Virus record (IMG/VR): IMGVR_UViG_3300024239_000014
Span: 62,001-126,000 of that record
Direction: 5' to 3' (one strand)
Length of the DNA: 64,000 nucleotides
Every line of letters begins with the position of its first letter. Positions within the stretch are counted from its first letter, which is position 1. Below, piece after piece: positions 62,908 to 64,000 of this stretch. The notes under the pieces were generated by a model, which was not told the origin of the DNA, made no database searches, and worked only from the letters and a program-made list of their open reading frames with translations. The position numbers and the translations under genes are program-made.

Positions 62908-64000
62908 ATGTTGAAAGAATTATTCGCGCAATCTGGATTAACTCTGGAAGGCGATGTTCCTGACAGCGCCCCAATTGCCTTGGCGGTGCAAGAAGGCTCG
63001 AATGCGATTGATGCTGAATACGATGACGGTGAAAAGGTTATTGATAACCTCGTCGCGCTTGAATCATTGATTATCGATTTTACCGATCGTGGCCAGGCGA
63101 CGCCTGACCAGACTCAGCGTTTCCAGGTAGCCTGTGAAGGCTTCTTTAAAAACCTGACACCGGAAATGACACCGGTCGACCCCGTTGCTCTGGCGTCTGG
63201 TGGGTTGGTTAAAACCGGTTCTCTGGATCAAGGCTACGGTCTGTCCGTAGAAAGCTTCCGTGAATCCGCTCGTCAAATCTGGGAAGTGGTCAAGAAGTGG
63301 TGGGTCAGCTTTAAGACCATGATCAAAGACTGGTGGGTCAGATTGTGGGACGTCGAAGGGCGTACACGGGCTCGTCTGATCAAGGCTCACGAGAACGTTC
63401 ATCGAAGCGGCAAACACTTTCGCGACGGGATAACCATCCCGGAGTCTTTCTTCAAGTCCCATTGCCGGATTGGTTGGGGTGACATTACCGACGGCCGTAA
63501 GTTCACTGATAAAGTGTACGAAACCGGTAAGGCATCGCACTACATCTTCAATGACTACATGAAGGAAATGGAAGAATTCACCGATGGTTGGATACAGATC
63601 CTCAAAACCGGTAAAGACTTCTTGGGTCGTGATGTAATCAAGAATTATCGGGTACGACATCCTAGAGCTTTCGGCTTTGACGTCGAATTCGAACGTGTGC
63701 CGTACATGCCGAAGATTATGAATACTGTCCAGGAACATTGGAAACTGCCGAAATACAAACTTATCATGATGGATGCAGAGGAATCGAAGATTGCCGATGT
63801 AACCATCGATGAAGCGTTTGTGAAGCTGTGCTTTAATGCAACGGTTGCACTGCTCGATTGGGTATCGGGTTTCCGCAAAGATTGGCGCGCTAAGGAAGAG
63901 CGTTTGGATCGCATGTTTAAGGCCGCTGAAGCTGAATTCAATGAAGCCATGAAGGAATTTGGTGCCACGACCCGCACCATGACCTTCGAACAGACGGCTT
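62908..64000 (+). CDS. Second internal head protein paralog (partial, runs off window end)
   Basis: Not in the ORF track. AAGGAG SD, open to the end: MLKELF..TLEG..VALES..LSVESFRESARQIWEVVKKWWVSFKTMIKDWW. Confidence 0.85.
   Translation, partial: MLKELFAQSGLTLEGDVPDSAPIALAVQEGSNAIDAEYDDGEKVIDNLVALESLIIDFTDRGQATPDQTQRFQVACEGFFKNLTPEMTPVDPVALASGGLVKTGSLDQGYGLSVESFRESARQIWEVVKKWWVSFKTMIKDWWVRLWDVEGRTRARLIKAHENVHRSGKHFRDGITIPESFFKSHCRIGWGDITDGRKFTDKVYETGKASHYIFNDYMKEMEEFTDGWIQILKTGKDFLGRDVIKNYRVRHPRAFGFDVEFERVPYMPKIMNTVQEHWKLPKYKLIMMDAEESKIADVTIDEAFVKLCFNATVALLDWVSGFRKDWRAKEERLDRMFKAAEAEFNEAMKEFGATTRTMTFEQTA

Noticed and set aside
63064-63980. Minus-strand ORFs of 224 and 111 aa
   Set aside because: Antisense to the second head protein, which is open from 62908 to the window end.
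1-64000. Stop-codon reassignment, tRNAs, introns/inteins, IS elements, CRISPR
   Set aside because: Genes are intact under code 11 and end in TAA, TGA and TAG. I saw no tRNA cloverleaf, splicing, transposase or repeat-spacer pattern by eye; tRNAscan-SE and Infernal would be needed to exclude RNA genes.

Overview
This 64-kb window is part of a lytic jumbo myophage genome, most likely phiKZ-like (Chimallivirus-type). I base this on recognising paralogous internal-head proteins with A/S-x-E maturation sites, a gp131-type fibre N-terminus, and RNase H, SbcC and a spike-like gene close together. No chimallin gene lies in the window, and no database search was run. The genetic code is standard and I saw no tRNA or CRISPR. 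Layout: 1-10.5 kb holds RNase H, a spanin-like pair, virion proteins, SbcC and a putative central spike. 10.6-29.7 kb is a plus-strand tail-fibre/receptor-binding cluster with a lysis cassette embedded in it. 29.8-37.7 kb is an operon where a virion-type fibre with a 403-aa, ~38% Thr/Ser C-terminal domain is followed by five putative glycosyltransferases (one KpsS-like GT-B, three GT8, one GT2) and an N-terminal-twitch radical SAM enzyme. This candidate virion-fibre glycosylation system is the top finding. 37.7-61.4 kb holds minus-strand accessory genes (CYTH, dcd, dut, SF2 helicase, a second adhesin/depolymerase island, DHFR, paralog arrays). 61.5-64 kb holds two internal-head proteins. The second highlight is a cadherin-like domain apparently split between two neighbouring fibre genes. 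All family assignments come from motifs read by eye. Several starts were moved from the ORF track to the ATG with a Shine-Dalgarno site.
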